NCBI GenBank assembly: GCA_951406725.2
Contig: OX597818.1
Coordinates: 20,584,001 to 20,648,000 of the forward strand
DNA: 64,000 nt
Direction of reading: 5' to 3'
Source: Octopus vulgaris
Lineage: Eukaryota
Shown here in pieces: positions 13,375-26,564 of this stretch. The notes beneath the pieces are model-generated. The model was not told the DNA's origin. It ran no database searches and was given only the letters and a program-made list of their open reading frames with translations. The position numbers were made by a program, and so were the translations under genes. Numbering within the stretch: the stretch's first letter is position 1; every line of letters starts with the position of its first letter.

Positions 13375-13406
<32 letters not shown>

Positions 13407-13416
13407 CTATATATAA

Positions 13417-13452
<36 letters not shown>

Positions 13453-14348
13453 TGGAAATTTACAGAAAAGCAAAACACGAAGAGATGTGTATAAACAACA
13501 AACATGTGAATTAGTTTAACACTCGAGAAGGTGAGAAAGTTTTTTACGTTTTGAGCCTACGCTCCTCAACAGAAAGGAACACGATGAAACAAACAGAGAG
13601 AATAAAAAAAACTTCTGGAGCTACCGGTCAATCATGGCGGCTGGTTGGACAGAGGTAAGGAGAGTTAGGAAGAAGGGGTGATAATAAAGTATAGGTGATG
13701 TGTAGCGATGCGTTGTGGATAGCGGGGGTAACAATAAAGGGAGAAGGTAAGTAGGAGTGAATAGAGGAAGTAGTTGTTAGGGCAAGAGAGGAGAGGTGGG
13801 TAGGAGTGAAGAGAGGAAGTAGGTGTGGGTTGAAGAAAGGAGGAGGGGAGTCAGATGAAGAGGGGAGGGGACTTGAGCCCATTTGGTGCAAAAATGCGAA
13901 GAGAGAAGATTAATTCCTGTTCACAGCGAAGGCAGGAGTCCAGATGGCCCTTGTGCAAAGACAATCCAAACACAGACACGTGTTGTAATGAATGACATGG
14001 AGGGGTCGGAATGGAGTTGCCGGATGGCTCAGAGAATGGTGCGAAAGACAGGCAGGGTCGAGGGGTGGTTGGTGAGGGGAAACGGAAGACAGGTAACGGT
14101 GGGGCGGGTACAACGAGAAAGAGAGCAGAGGCGTATGTGTGTGTATATGTTTTTGTGTCTGTATTAGTCCCCCCAAAATCGCTTGACAACCGATGGTGGT
14201 GTGTTTACGTCCCCGTAACTAGCAGTTCGGCAGATAGATAAGTACTAGGCTTACAAAGAATAAGTCCTGGGGTGGATTTGCTCGACGAAAGTCGATGTTC
14301 CAGCATGGACGCAGTCAAATGACTGAAACAAGTAAAATAATAAAAGAA
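13201..14348 (+). mobile_element. SINE family A split by a Penelope-like insertion in its internal (TA)n
   Basis: Head at 13201-13355 and tail at about 14133-14348 are colinear halves. Confidence 0.75.
13450..13997 (-). mobile_element. 3' end of a Penelope-like retroelement: GIY-YIG C-terminus, pyrimidine-rich UTR and hammerhead (about 13540-13577)
   Basis: 13997->13851 encodes HSLQHVSVFGLSLHKGHLDSCLRCEQELIFSLRIFAPNGLKSPPLFI*, matching the HS..V.GL...EQ.LIF.L...P.GLN pattern of Penelope-like endonucleases. It is followed by CCTTT CTGTTGA G GAGC-GTAG-GCTC AAAA CG TA. Confidence 0.8.
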
Positions 14349-14366
14349 TAAGAGAATATATGTATA

Positions 14367-14781
14367 GGCGCAGGAGTGGCTGTGTGGTAAGTAGCTTGCT
14401 AACCAACCACATGGTTCCGGGTTCAGTCCCACTGCGTGGCATCTTGGGTAACTGTCTTCTGCTATAGCCCCGGGCCGACCAATGCCTTGTGAGTGGATTT
14501 GGTAGACGGAAACTGAAAGAAGCCTGTCGTATATATGTATATATATGTGTATGTATGTGTTTGTGTGTCTGTGTTTGTACCCCTAGCATTGCTTGACAAC
14601 CGATGCTGGTGTGTTTACGTCCCCGTCACTTAGCGGTTCGGCAAAAGAGACCGATAGAATAAGTACTGGGCTTACAAAGAATAAGTCCCGGGGTCGAGTT
14701 GCTCGACTAAAGGCGGTGCTCCAGCATGGCCGCAGTCAAATGACTGAAACAAGTAAAAGCGTAAAAGAGTAAAGAGTAAAG
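14367..14781 (+). mobile_element. Full-length SINE family A
   Basis: Complete head, internal microsatellite and tail with (TAAAAGAG)-like repeats. Confidence 0.92.
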
Positions 14782-14898
14782 AGGTGTATGTATATGTATA
14801 TTCATATGTACGAATTTGCATACATATATACATGCATACATTCATATATATATATATATATATACACATACACACATAGTTAAGTATTTTTGTATGTA

Positions 14899-14978
<80 letters not shown>

Positions 14979-15159
14979 TATATGCTTGTGTGCATGCATG
15001 AATGTATATGTGTGAGTATATGTGTGTATGTCGCTGATGGTGTTGCTTAACCCTAGGTGAAGCCTGATTGAGCAGACCTATGATCAAAAGCATTACAGCC
15101 ATGGCAACTTCAATTTATTTCATACACACACACAAAAACATCTTTCTATCCATCCATCC

Positions 15160-15223
<64 letters not shown>

Positions 15224-15240
15224 GTCTGTCTGTCTGTCTT

Positions 15241-15344
<104 letters not shown>

Positions 15345-15373
15345 TGTATATATATGTATATATATACATATAT

Positions 15374-15465
<92 letters not shown>

Positions 15466-16274
15466 ACATTTATATATATTGGTATATATGGTGGTGATGG
15501 TGATGGTGGCGGTGGTTGTGATGCTGGTGATAGCGGTGGAAGTAGTTCCTTCCGACAGTGCTGGTGGTCGCGGCGGTCGTATTGCAGCTGTTGATGATGA
15601 TGCTGCCGATGCTGATATTGCTGATAGTGCTGGTGGTAGTGGTGGTGGTGGTGGCGGCGGCAGTGGAGAGGCTGCCGTCGTAGTCGTAGTTTCACATTGA
15701 GAGGCTGAAAATTTGATACGAGACACTTCAGATGAAACAATATTCTAAATTGAAACAAGAAGAAAGAGATGAAGGAGCGAAGAAAAAGGAAAACAAAAAC
15801 AAAAAAAAACAAATAAAGAAAAAAAACATACGAACAAACAAACAAACAAACAAACAAACAATACAAAGCCACATCAGCAACAAAAACACTTCAAACAGTT
15901 GTCTGTTAAGAGATGATATCAGATGATGGAGGAGAAATTGTTTCTTCTGTGTGAAGAGTTGTTTGTGTTTAAGAGTGGAAAAGAGACGGAGGTGTAGAAA
16001 ATATTAAATAATACAAAGGAAATAATTGAAAAGAAAGGCGATTATTTATGTATTTACGTGAATCATTTACATATAGCTAGGCACACATACATACATACAT
16101 ACATACATGCATTCATACATACATACATACATATATACATACATACATAATACATACATACATACATAAATACATACATACATACATACATACATACATA
16201 CATACATACATACATGCATGCATACATACATACATACATACATGCATACATTCATACATACATACATACATACA

Positions 16275-16308
<34 letters not shown>

Positions 16309-16374
16309 CATACATGCATACTTATATATGCATACAAGGAGTCATGCATATATTCATATATCCACATATACACT

Positions 16375-16406
<32 letters not shown>

Positions 16407-16549
16407 ATATATATGTATGTGTATACGTACATTTGTGTGTATGTATGTATGTATGTATGTATGTATGTATGTATGTATGTATGCATGTATGTGTGTCCCA
16501 ATAGTTGGAGTGATCAGCACAGATCAATGTCCTGGTGGAATGTGTGCAT

Positions 16550-16651
<102 letters not shown>

Positions 16652-16683
16652 TGTGTGTGCGTATATAAATATATAAATATTTC

Positions 16684-16951
16684 TTTTACTTGTTTTAGTC
16701 ATTTGACTTCGGCCATGCTGCAGCAACGCCTTGCGAGGCTTTAGTCAAACAAATCGACCCCAGGACTTCTTTTTTAAGGCAAGTATTTATTCTATCGGTC
16801 TCTTTTGCAGAACTGCTATGTCACATCAACGCAAGGCCTTGGTCAGGCCGAGGCTATATTAGAAGACACTTGCCCAAGGTGCCACGCAGTGGGACTGAAC
16901 CCCGAGCCATGTAGTTGGGAAGCAAGCTTCTTGCAACACAGCCACGCCTGC
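16684..16951 (-). mobile_element. SINE family A (internally deleted)
   Basis: Head and tail homology. Confidence 0.85.
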
Positions 16952-17369
16952 GTCTCTCTCTCTATATATATGTGTGTGTGTGTGTATACATATATATATA
17001 TACACACACACACATATATATATGTGCATATATACATATACATACATACACACATACACACACATATATATAAATATATATGTGTGTGTATGTGTGTGTA
17101 TGTATATCTATACACACACACACACACACACATAAATAAAACAGACTGATAGAAAGACAAACAGATAGACAGACTGACAAACACAGTTGTGACATGATTT
17201 ACACGCTCTTCGGTTTGCACATCTTCATTACAGCACTGAATTTCTTTTGGTCGAATCCATTCCCATTTTTCATTCCCCTTTTATCTTACTTCCATTATAC
17301 TTCTGCTAAAGCGAGATGAGCGATGGACTACACTTTGAATTTGCAAGCCAGCGCCACTTTTATTTTATA

Positions 17370-17748
17370 CTAGCAGTATCGCCCGGCGTTGCTCGGGTTT
17401 GTAAGGGAAATAACTATAAAGCATTTTTAGAGAGTTATAGCCAAAAAATAGCCAAAAAATGGGAAAAAACGGTAAATTTTTTTTGAGAGTTAAAAAGGTC
17501 GAGTTGCGTCCCTAGACAGTCTGTGGTTTGTGTTTCTGATTCTCGACCCCATGTCGAATTTATCGATTTTTTTCAGAACTGGGGAAACTTTTCAAAATTT
17601 TCGCTGCGTTAGTTTTGAATTATGACATTGGGCTATGTGTGTGTCAAGTTTCATCAGAATCGGTTGAAAGCCGTGGTCAGGGTGAGGGTACAACCTAACA
17701 GACACACAGACACGCAGACAGACAAACTGCCGTTTATATAGAGAGAGA
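17370..17748 (-). mobile_element. Non-autonomous Helitron
   Basis: Minus strand starts A|TCTC and ends with hairpin CCCGAGC-AAC-GCCGGG then CTAG|T. Inserted between A and T with no target site duplication; (TCTG)n microsatellite near the 5' end. Confidence 0.85.
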
Positions 17749-18403
17749 TATTTTGATAAATAATATCGAGATTGAAAACTACGAGTTGCAAAGTCCCACC
17801 GAAAACGGACAAGAAAGTCGACGTCTCTAAAAACGAAAACAAAAATATTAAATCAACTTTAAAATGGAATGGCTTTAACAGAAACTGTAATGCAGCTTAA
17901 TATAGATGTAACCTCCCCTTCCTCCCCCCCCCCCGGTTAGAATGATGAAAAGAAACGGAGGAAAGAAATGAGAGCCTGAATATTTGTGAAGTCTTCTATA
18001 TGTTCAAAACAATCATGCATTGACACACACTGCTTTGCTGATGTGTATATATCTCTTCGAACATCAAAAAGAAAGAGGGTAACTATGAATTCTTGGAAGT
18101 CTTCGGCTTCAATACCCAGATTATAAATTCACATTTATACACATAATAATTGTTGAACTTGGTTTTCTTAGTTAAAACCTAAGTGACATTTTGGATAAGT
18201 TACGGTTTTCAGTAAAAGAAGTCAATCAGCTAACTCGCACATTTCAAATGCAATCTGTAAGCGGAATAATAAAATCATGCAGGACTTTTCTCACGTTCAA
18301 AATATGAATATATTTTTCTTATCGAAATTCCAATGATGGAGCTTCGTATCTTTGTTATAAAATAGCTCCTTCATTACTGAAAAACTTCAAATAATTTAAA
18401 CTA

Positions 18404-18794
18404 GGCGCAGGAGTGGCTGTGTGGTAAGTAGCTTGCTTACCAACCACATGGTTCCATGTTCATTCCCACTGCGTGGCACCTTGGGCAAGTGTCTTCTACT
18501 ATAGCCCCGGGCCAACCAAATACTTGTGAGTGGATTTGGTAGACGGAAACTGAAAGAAGCCCGTCTTACATATGTATATATATATGTATGTGTATGTATA
18601 TGCTTGTACGCCTGTGCTTGTCCCTCCAACATCTCTTGACAACCGATGGCGGTGTGTTTACGTCCCCGTAACTTAGCGGTTCGGCAAAAGTGACCAATAT
18701 AATAAGTACTAGGCTTACAAAGATTAAGTCCTGGGGTCGATTTGCTCGACTAAAGGCGGTGCTCCAGCATCGCCACAGTCAATGACTGAAACAA

Positions 18795-18796
<2 letters not shown>
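18404..18796 (+). mobile_element. Full-length SINE family A
   Basis: Complete head and tail. Confidence 0.92.
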
Positions 18797-18857
<61 letters not shown>

Positions 18858-18949
18858 ATACATATGCATGCACACACACACGTACACGTACTAGCAGGGA
18901 AACAATGGGAGGAAAACTGTTTTTATTTGGCCAAAAGATAAAACCAATG

Positions 18950-20150
18950 AAAGCACTGCGTGTAGATAGCTTTGCAGTATAGTAAAAAGAAGTTATAAGT
19001 TTTTATCAAATCGACGAAACAAGTCAAGCATCTAATCATTTACAACCTCGAGTTTTGGGCTTGGAAAATTTCTAAGTGAAGCTTTCTTCATATTATCGAA
19101 TATGGATCAACTGATGAGAAAACTACTGAAGAGTATGCACCATAGTTAACTAAAATATTTGAAGTTTTAGTTTTATTATTCTTTAGTAGAAATATTTAAA
19201 GTTGATACAGCTGGTCAATTCATAAAAAAATTCCAACGAGAATAGCTATAACAAGAAGAGAAAAAACGTTTTGCGCACTCAGAGCATCTAAAGATCAAAT
19301 CATATTATTACTATGCTCTTATACATTAGGTAACTGTTTCATGAAGCCATTACTAATTAAACGGGCTGTAATATATAAACCGCTACTACCACCATCCACG
19401 TTTATTGGCTTGCAAATAAAAAATCATCAATGGCTTTTGCAGTATTCGATAACAAGTTTTGTAAAAACTTTGACCTTGAAGCTCAATTTTGCACAAAAGA
19501 AAATAATATTGACTTAAATATTTTATTGCTAAATGATAACGCTGCTTTACATCCCTATGTTAAAAGTCTGTTTTTTACCATTCACTTCTACAACGCTTAT
19601 CTAACCATTAAATCAAACAATGATTATTTTGTGATTTTTTAAATAAATTACATTAAATATTCGTATAAAAGATATGGAAGATAACCCAGATTACTGTTTC
19701 AATGGTGTGCAAAAAGTATGATATTCTGCATTGTGTGAAGATAATTGTAATAGCACGTTTTGTAATCTAGAAAACTACGTTAAATGTATGTTAGAAAATT
19801 ATTTTGATTGGATTAGCATGGAAATAATACTACACAGTATTAAGCAGTTGTGAGTATTTAGTTCTCAGTACGGGCGTTATTAATTATTCTGAGTCAATTT
19901 TTCTCTTATTCAGGCTCCGTAACAAAAAAAATTTATGAATCCAGATACTATTAACATCCTCTGTCCAAGAGGTGAAAAATTGGATGATTTAGCAATTGCA
20001 GAGAGTGAAAAAATTTTGGAACAGGAGTTGAATTAAGAATATTTAATCGATAGGATAATTCTAAATGACGAAAATGAGAATAATGTTGATGAACCAAACT
20101 CATTGATTATTGCAAAAATGATTACAGATGGACAACTGAGGCAAGAAACC
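18950..20150 (+). pseudogene. Highly decayed pogo/Tigger-like DDE transposase
   Basis: ILLLNDNAALHP (cf. LLLDNAPGH) in ORF 19430..19642; the rest is fragmented. Confidence 0.55.
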
Positions 20151-20178
20151 CGAAACCGCATTTTGTTCTCCGTTCCTA

Positions 20179-21320
20179 CGAGGATAAACCGAAAAGTTCA
20201 TAGGCTGACAAAGATACCTTCATGGAATGTGACCAAATGAGGTTTATTTTTTAACATAGTCCCCCTTGCAGTTAACAACAACTTCCATTTGTGTTACAAT
20301 GTTTGAATCCCATTGATGATGATGATTTCATCCTGTTGGTCAAAAATGTCAACAGCAGATGTGAAGTCATCATCACTGCGATACTGGTTCCCAGCTAAAC
20401 GCTTCCTTTTTTGATTTGGGGGAACAGATGATTGTTAGATGGGGTCAAATCAAGACAATAAGGACGGTGCCGAAACAGTTCAAAGCCACAGTCACGCACA
20501 GCAGCTATTGAAACGAAGGAATTTTGTGCTGTAGCATTGTCCTGATGAAACGAAGCCCCTTTCGTCAGTTTTCCTGGGCGTTTGGTTTGAGAGCCTTTCA
20601 TAACTGCCTCAGTAAGTTGCCATAACATTCTCAATTGACGGTGTGACCCTTTTGAAGATAGTTAATAAACCCAATGCCTTATGCATCTCCAAAACACCTG
20701 AGACAATCACCTTCTTTGGACCTGAAACGATCTTGGCTTTCTTTGGAACAGGGAAGGAGGAGTGTTTCCACTGCGTTGATTGTCTCTTTGTCTCTGGCTC
20801 AAAGTGACGAACCCAGCACTCATCTTTGCTTCAAAGAAACCAGCTAGATGTACCTGAAACAATGTCAGATTTTCCCTTGATGTGATCAGCTTGGTGTGCT
20901 TTTGATCAGGTCTCAGAAGACGTGGCACCCACCGAACAGAAACGTTCGTCATGCCAAGTTCATTGTACAGAATACTCTCTCACGGGATATGCTAATAGCA
21001 TTGGTTATTTGATTTATAGTCAATCACCTGTCATCTATCCCCATGTGGTAAACATGATCAATGTTTTCCTCTGTGGTAGCAGTGTAGGACGTCCTAACTT
21101 TAGGTCATCTTCAACTTTAGGTCATCCTTTCCTCCTCTTAAATTCAGCTGCCCACGCTGGAGCGTCATCCTCTAATGTAGCAACCATGTCAACATGAATG
21201 TCGTTGGAGTCTAAACCATTTTTCTGCAGGTACTTGACAACACAACGATGCCAAATTTTGTCGATTTTCAAGAGAAGTTACTACTAGTTACATTTGAAGG
21301 CTTCTTTGAACAATCAGATG
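20179..21320 (-). mobile_element. Decayed mariner (DD34D) transposon
   Basis: SVRWVPRLL, FHQDNA and PYCLDLTPSN (third D mutated to N at spacing 34); TA|CGAGG terminus at 20177-20183. Confidence 0.85.
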
Positions 21321-22095
21321 TCAGTTTATATTAAAATCCACTGGGCAGTTAATTTCCACAACTGCATACAGTTTCTCTTCTCTATCTTAAATCAATATAT
21401 CAGGTCCGTTGTGCTTACATTTTATTGAGGTCTTCACTGGGACATTCCACCAGTACTCCTTATTATTATGAGTGGCTATGGCTTCTACCATACTGTAGGT
21501 TCTTATTTCTTTGTGCTCGGGGTTATCCTTCTGACGGATTTCATTATAGAGTGTCCTAGTTACATCATGTCTCATCTGTAGATAAACTGTGTTGACATTT
21601 CCGGACAACTGCTTATGATGTGGATGATATCTGAAGCTGAAGATCAGTGAAAAAGAGAATACTTACGCTGAACTATTTAGAAATCTGTAGTTATTCTAGC
21701 CAGATTATAAGTTCAGGTTTATACCTGTAATTATTGGAATCCCGGGATATGTAACACACTGCCTAAATATCAGTCTTGAGAAACTCGGCTTCTCAAAACC
21801 AGAAAGGAGAAAGCTAATTCGAAGACTACAGATCCAATCCATCACTGGGACTGTAAAAATCTGTAAGACTTTCCAGAAGTTTATCATTTAAATATATATG
21901 AGCATGTCTGGATATGCAACTATATGCATGAAAACACATACATAAAACAAAACATACAAATCTGCACATATACATACATACAAACAAAAATACCCTGTTG
22001 TTGATGTTGAAATTCCAATGAAGGAGCCTTGAATCTATGTTAGATACCAACTCTTTCTTTATTGGCGAGAAATCTTGAAATAAAGCTGAACAATG
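21320..22095 (+). mobile_element. 5'-truncated, 5'-inverted RLE-type (R4/Dong-like) LINE
   Basis: 21632->21320 on the minus strand encodes DIIHIISSC, MRHDV, KHNGPDILI and VVEINCPVDFNI. From about 21633 the plus strand encodes KLKISEKENTY...LQIQSITGTVKICKTFQKFII*, then a 3' UTR ending in (CA)/(CATA)n. Confidence 0.85.
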
Positions 22096-22482
22096 ACACA
22101 CACACATACACACACATACACACACATACACACACATACATACACACACACACACATACACACACATGCATACAGTATATCAATGAAGTCAAATAAAATG
22201 ATATTTCGAAAGCATTTAATGCGTATGTTTCAGATTATTACATAATAGGTAGTTGGAAATTCACTCCTAACGGAATACCTTCCTCAGTCGATGAATTTCA
22301 AAATATAAACCAAATCATAGAATTTACTTTATATATATATATAGTCAGAGCAGTTGAAGTCGACCGGTATATTAGGAGAAAAGGTGCGTAGAGAGAGAGT
22401 GGGGGAAAGAGTAATGGAGATAAGGAGAGATAGACAGAGATGGGAGAGATAGAGAGGGAGAGGAGAAAGTATAGTTTGCAAT

Positions 22483-22731
22483 CGGAAACTGAAAAGTCCA
22501 TGTGTGTGTGTGTGTATGTGCGCCTTTGTGCCTGTATTTCCCACCGCTTGACAACCGGTGTTGGTGTGTATACGCTCCCGTAGCTTAGCGGTTCGGCAAA
22601 AGAGACTGATAGAATAAGTACCAGGCTTACAAAAATAAATAAGTGCTGGGTCGATACGTTCGACTAAATTTTTCAAGGCGGTGCCCCAGCATGGTCGCTG
22701 TCTAATAAGTGAGACAAGTAAAAGATAAAAG
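22483..22731 (+). mobile_element. SINE family A, 3' part
   Basis: Body and tail homology. Confidence 0.8.
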
Positions 22732-23085
22732 ATATATGATACATACATACATACATACATACATACATACACACACATACATACATACATACATACATAC
22801 ATACATACATACATACACACATACATACATACATACATACATACATACATACATACATACATACACACACACACATACATACATACATACATACATACAT
22901 ACATACATACATACATACATACATACATACATACATACATACATACGTACATACATACATACATACATACATAAAGAAGATGGAGAAAGAAGGAAAGAAA
23001 GTAAACAGGATACACATTTAAGTATGTGTGTGTGTGTGAGAGAGAGAGTGAGTGAGTGTGTGAGTATGTATATGTACATATTTTT

Positions 23086-23131
<46 letters not shown>

Positions 23132-23327
23132 TGATATGCATATTTGTCTTGAAAATAGTTTCGATCTTAGCACGTCAAAAATGTCTGGTGTTCTTTGCAG
23201 AAATCCATCAGGATTTTTCCAAATATTTGTTTGCAATGGTGCAGCTTTCTTGGGAAATAATTTTTGATCTTCAATATGTCTAAACGTCACATATTTTTAC
23301 TTCAAATGTCTCTCTCTAGAATTGATT

Positions 23328-23376
<49 letters not shown>

Positions 23377-23643
23377 TGTTGTAGTAGTAGTAGTAGTAGT
23401 AGTAGTAGCAGCAGCAGCAGGAGCAGTAGTAATCGTAGTTGTTGTTGTTTATGATGTAGTAAAAGTAGCAGCGGAAGCAGTAGCAGCAGCAGCAGTAGTA
23501 GTAGTAGTAGTAGTAGTAGTAGTTATTGTTTTTTGTTGTTGCTGTAGTAGTTGTAGTAGTTGTAGTAGTAGTAGTAGTTGTTGTAGTAGTAGTAGTAGTT
23601 ATTGTTTTTTGTTGTTGATGTAGTAGTTGTAGTAGTAGTAGTT

Positions 23644-23700
<57 letters not shown>

Positions 23701-24003
23701 ATTATTGTTGTTGCTGATATTGCTCTTGTAGTAAAAGCAGCAGCGGAAGCAGCAGCAGCAGCACTCGCAGCAGTAGTAGTAGTAGTAGTAGTAGTGCTGG
23801 CTGAGGTGGTTCAAGTGGTGACTGTGGTAGCGACAGCAGTGTCGGTGGTAGTGACGGTTGTGGTGGTGTAGGTGGTGACGGTGGTGATGGTGGTGGTGGT
23901 AGTGGCGGCTGCGCGGCAAAGGCGGCAGAGGCGGCAGCGGTGTTAGCGACGGTGACGGCGATGGCAGCGATGGCAGCGATGGCAGCGATGGCAGCGATGG
24001 CGG
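23328..24003. repeat. Compound trinucleotide array (TAG/GCA/GTG)n ending in (GCGATGGCA)n
   Basis: Direct reading. Confidence 0.95.
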
Positions 24004-24413
24004 ATGTGGCGTTTGGATTCGCAAGGAGAAACTGCAGCCATATATAATCACAAATGTTTGCGATATAAAGTTAATCTTCGTCAGATTCAAATCGCTTTTC
24101 CTTCCGCAATTTCTAATACGCTCCTAACTTCTGGCCTCCCTCTTTCTTCCTTTCTTTCATTTCGCCAGTTGTTTCGTAATCGGGTCAAAGAATGAATGAA
24201 TTTGCAGTCCTTTTGTGTGGTTTTTATGCAATTGAAGAACCACAAAGATTCATCCATTTCTTCATCCGTTTCTCAGCTGAAAAATTACCTTTTGTTGTTG
24301 CTGCTGCTGCTGTTGCTATTGATGTTCTTGTTGTTGTCGCTGTTGCTGTTGCTATTGTTGGTGTTGTTGGTGGTGGTGGTGTTGGCGGTGGTAGCAGTAG
24401 TGGTGACGTTGCT

Positions 24414-24526
24414 GTCGTCGTCGTCGTCGTCGTCGTCGTCTTCTTCTTCTTCTTCTTCTTCTTCTTCTTCTTCTTCTTCTTCTTCTTCTTCTTCTTCTTC
24501 TTCTTCTTCTTCTTCTTCTTCTTCTT
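24414..24526. repeat. (GTC)n(TTC)n microsatellite
   Basis: Direct reading. Confidence 0.97.
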
Positions 24527-24809
24527 CCAATCAGGACTCACGCCATTAGCCACAAAGAATGATCTCTAATTCGAGCCTACTCTAAGCTACTAAGAATGCA
24601 TGCAGCAACTTGAAGATCCACCCACCACACGCGATAGACTGGCGGTTGCACGGGCTCGAAAGCTACGTAGTTACCCTCATTCCGTAAACGGTGGCTTTTA
24701 ACGGGTGGAGAGCTGAACCATCCTGGGGGTACAGAGGATTCGCAATCTAGACTAGGGTCTGAAAGTTTACCACACCATAGTGGGTTACACCATGGTTCCT
24801 CTGCTTTGT

Positions 24810-24999
24810 GGTAGAAGTAGGAAGAAAGAGTGAGAGAAAGTTGTGGTGAAAGAGTACAGCGTCCCCCCCCCCCCGCGGAACATCATGGATCTTAAATGTT
24901 TTTGCTCAATAAATACTCACAATGCCCGGTCTGGGAATCGAAACCGCGATCTTACGACCGCGAGTCCGCTGCCCTAACCACTGGGCCATTGCGTTTCCA
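24810..24999 (-). mobile_element. tRNA-derived SINE, family C (5' part)
   Basis: Minus strand GCAATGGCCCAGTGGTTAGGGCAGCGGACTCGCGGTC...GGTTTCGATTCCC. Confidence 0.85.
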
Positions 25000-25012
25000 A
25001 ACGTTGCTGTTG

Positions 25013-25261
25013 TCGCTACTACCTATTTCTTTATTACCCACAAGGGGCTAAACATAGAGGGGACAAACATAGAGAAGGACAGACATAGGTATTATGTCGA
25101 TTACATCGACCCCAGTGCGTAACTGGTAGTTAATTTATCGACCCCGAAAGGATGAAAGGCAAAGTCGACCTCGGCGGAATTTGAACTCACAACGTAACGG
25201 CAGACGAAGTACCGCAAAGCATTTCGCCCGGTGTGCTAACGCTTCTGCTAGCTCGCCGCCT
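25013..25261 (-). mobile_element. Full-length SINE family B
   Basis: Near-consensus copy. Confidence 0.9.
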
Positions 25262-25749
25262 TTGTTGCTACTACCGTCACTGCTGTCGTTGTTGTTGCTG
25301 TTGCTGCTGCTGTTGTCTTTTACTATTCCCCTTATCGAGCAACCATACGATCAAAGGAGTTCCAGCAGCGAACTTTCTGTCCTCTTGTTTGTTTGTTTTT
25401 TTGTTTTATTTATTTATTTATTTATTTTTTGCATATCAACATTATTGTCCGGCAGCGCGTCTTTGTTTAAAGATAGAGTCAGATACGAGGAAAATTTCGT
25501 CGCTACTTCTCGTAAATCGAGCAACACCATCGTGTTTCCACCGCCGGTTGGAGGATGACTTTTTGCTGTTGCTAACAATAAGACTGAGGAGAAATATCTC
25601 AATGGAAGTAAAGCCCTGTAGCATCTTATATGTTCAATATAGAGAGTCGGGAAATTTCGATTTCCTGTGCGATTAGTAGACAAAAGCTTCCTCTAAAGAT
25701 GTTCCACATCTAAAAACAATGACGAGTAATATTAGCCGATCAAAATCTT

Positions 25750-25955
25750 TTCTACTCTAGGCACAATGCCCGAAATTTGGGGGGAGGAAGACAGTCAATT
25801 AGATCGACCCCAGTATGCAACTGGTACTTAATTTATCGACCCCGAAAGGATGAAAGGTTAAGTTGACCTCGGCGGAATTTGAACTCGGAACGTTAAGACA
25901 GACGAAATACCGCTAAGCATTTCGCCTGGCGTGCTAACGTCTCTGCCAGCTCGCC
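25750..25955 (-). mobile_element. SINE family B
   Basis: Near-consensus copy. Confidence 0.88.
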
Positions 25956-26328
25956 GATCAAAAAAAAAACATTGCAGATATGAGCAGCGATATATGTCTT
26001 TAAGCAGACGTTTCGGCTTTTTTACACCCCTCAACGTAAAATATTTACCTCAATTAATTATACACACAGACACACACACACACACGTATTATTCTGCATA
26101 GCTATAACGATACTAATAACCAATATACTTATGTTTTACTGTAAAACCTAAGATAACTACAGAACATAAATATCAATTAACTACAGAAAGGGCGGTATTG
26201 TTGAAAAATGTACATGAAAGTTGCTAATCAGAGTAAATAACAACCAGAACAACCAGAAAAATAAGAAAATTATATTTATCACTCTCCAATATTAAACAGG
26301 TTTGGTTGCTTTTAATATGGACAGTATA

Positions 26329-26515
26329 GGCGCAGGGGTAGCTGTGTGGTAAGTAGCTAGATTACCAATCACAAGGTTCCGGATTCAGTCCCACTGCATG
26401 TTACCTTGGGCAAGTTTCTTCTACTATAGCCTCGGGCCGACCAAAGCCTCGTGAGTGGATTTGGTAGACGGAAACTGAAAGAAGCCCGTCGTATATATAT
26501 ATATATATGTGTGTG

Positions 26516-26564
<49 letters not shown>

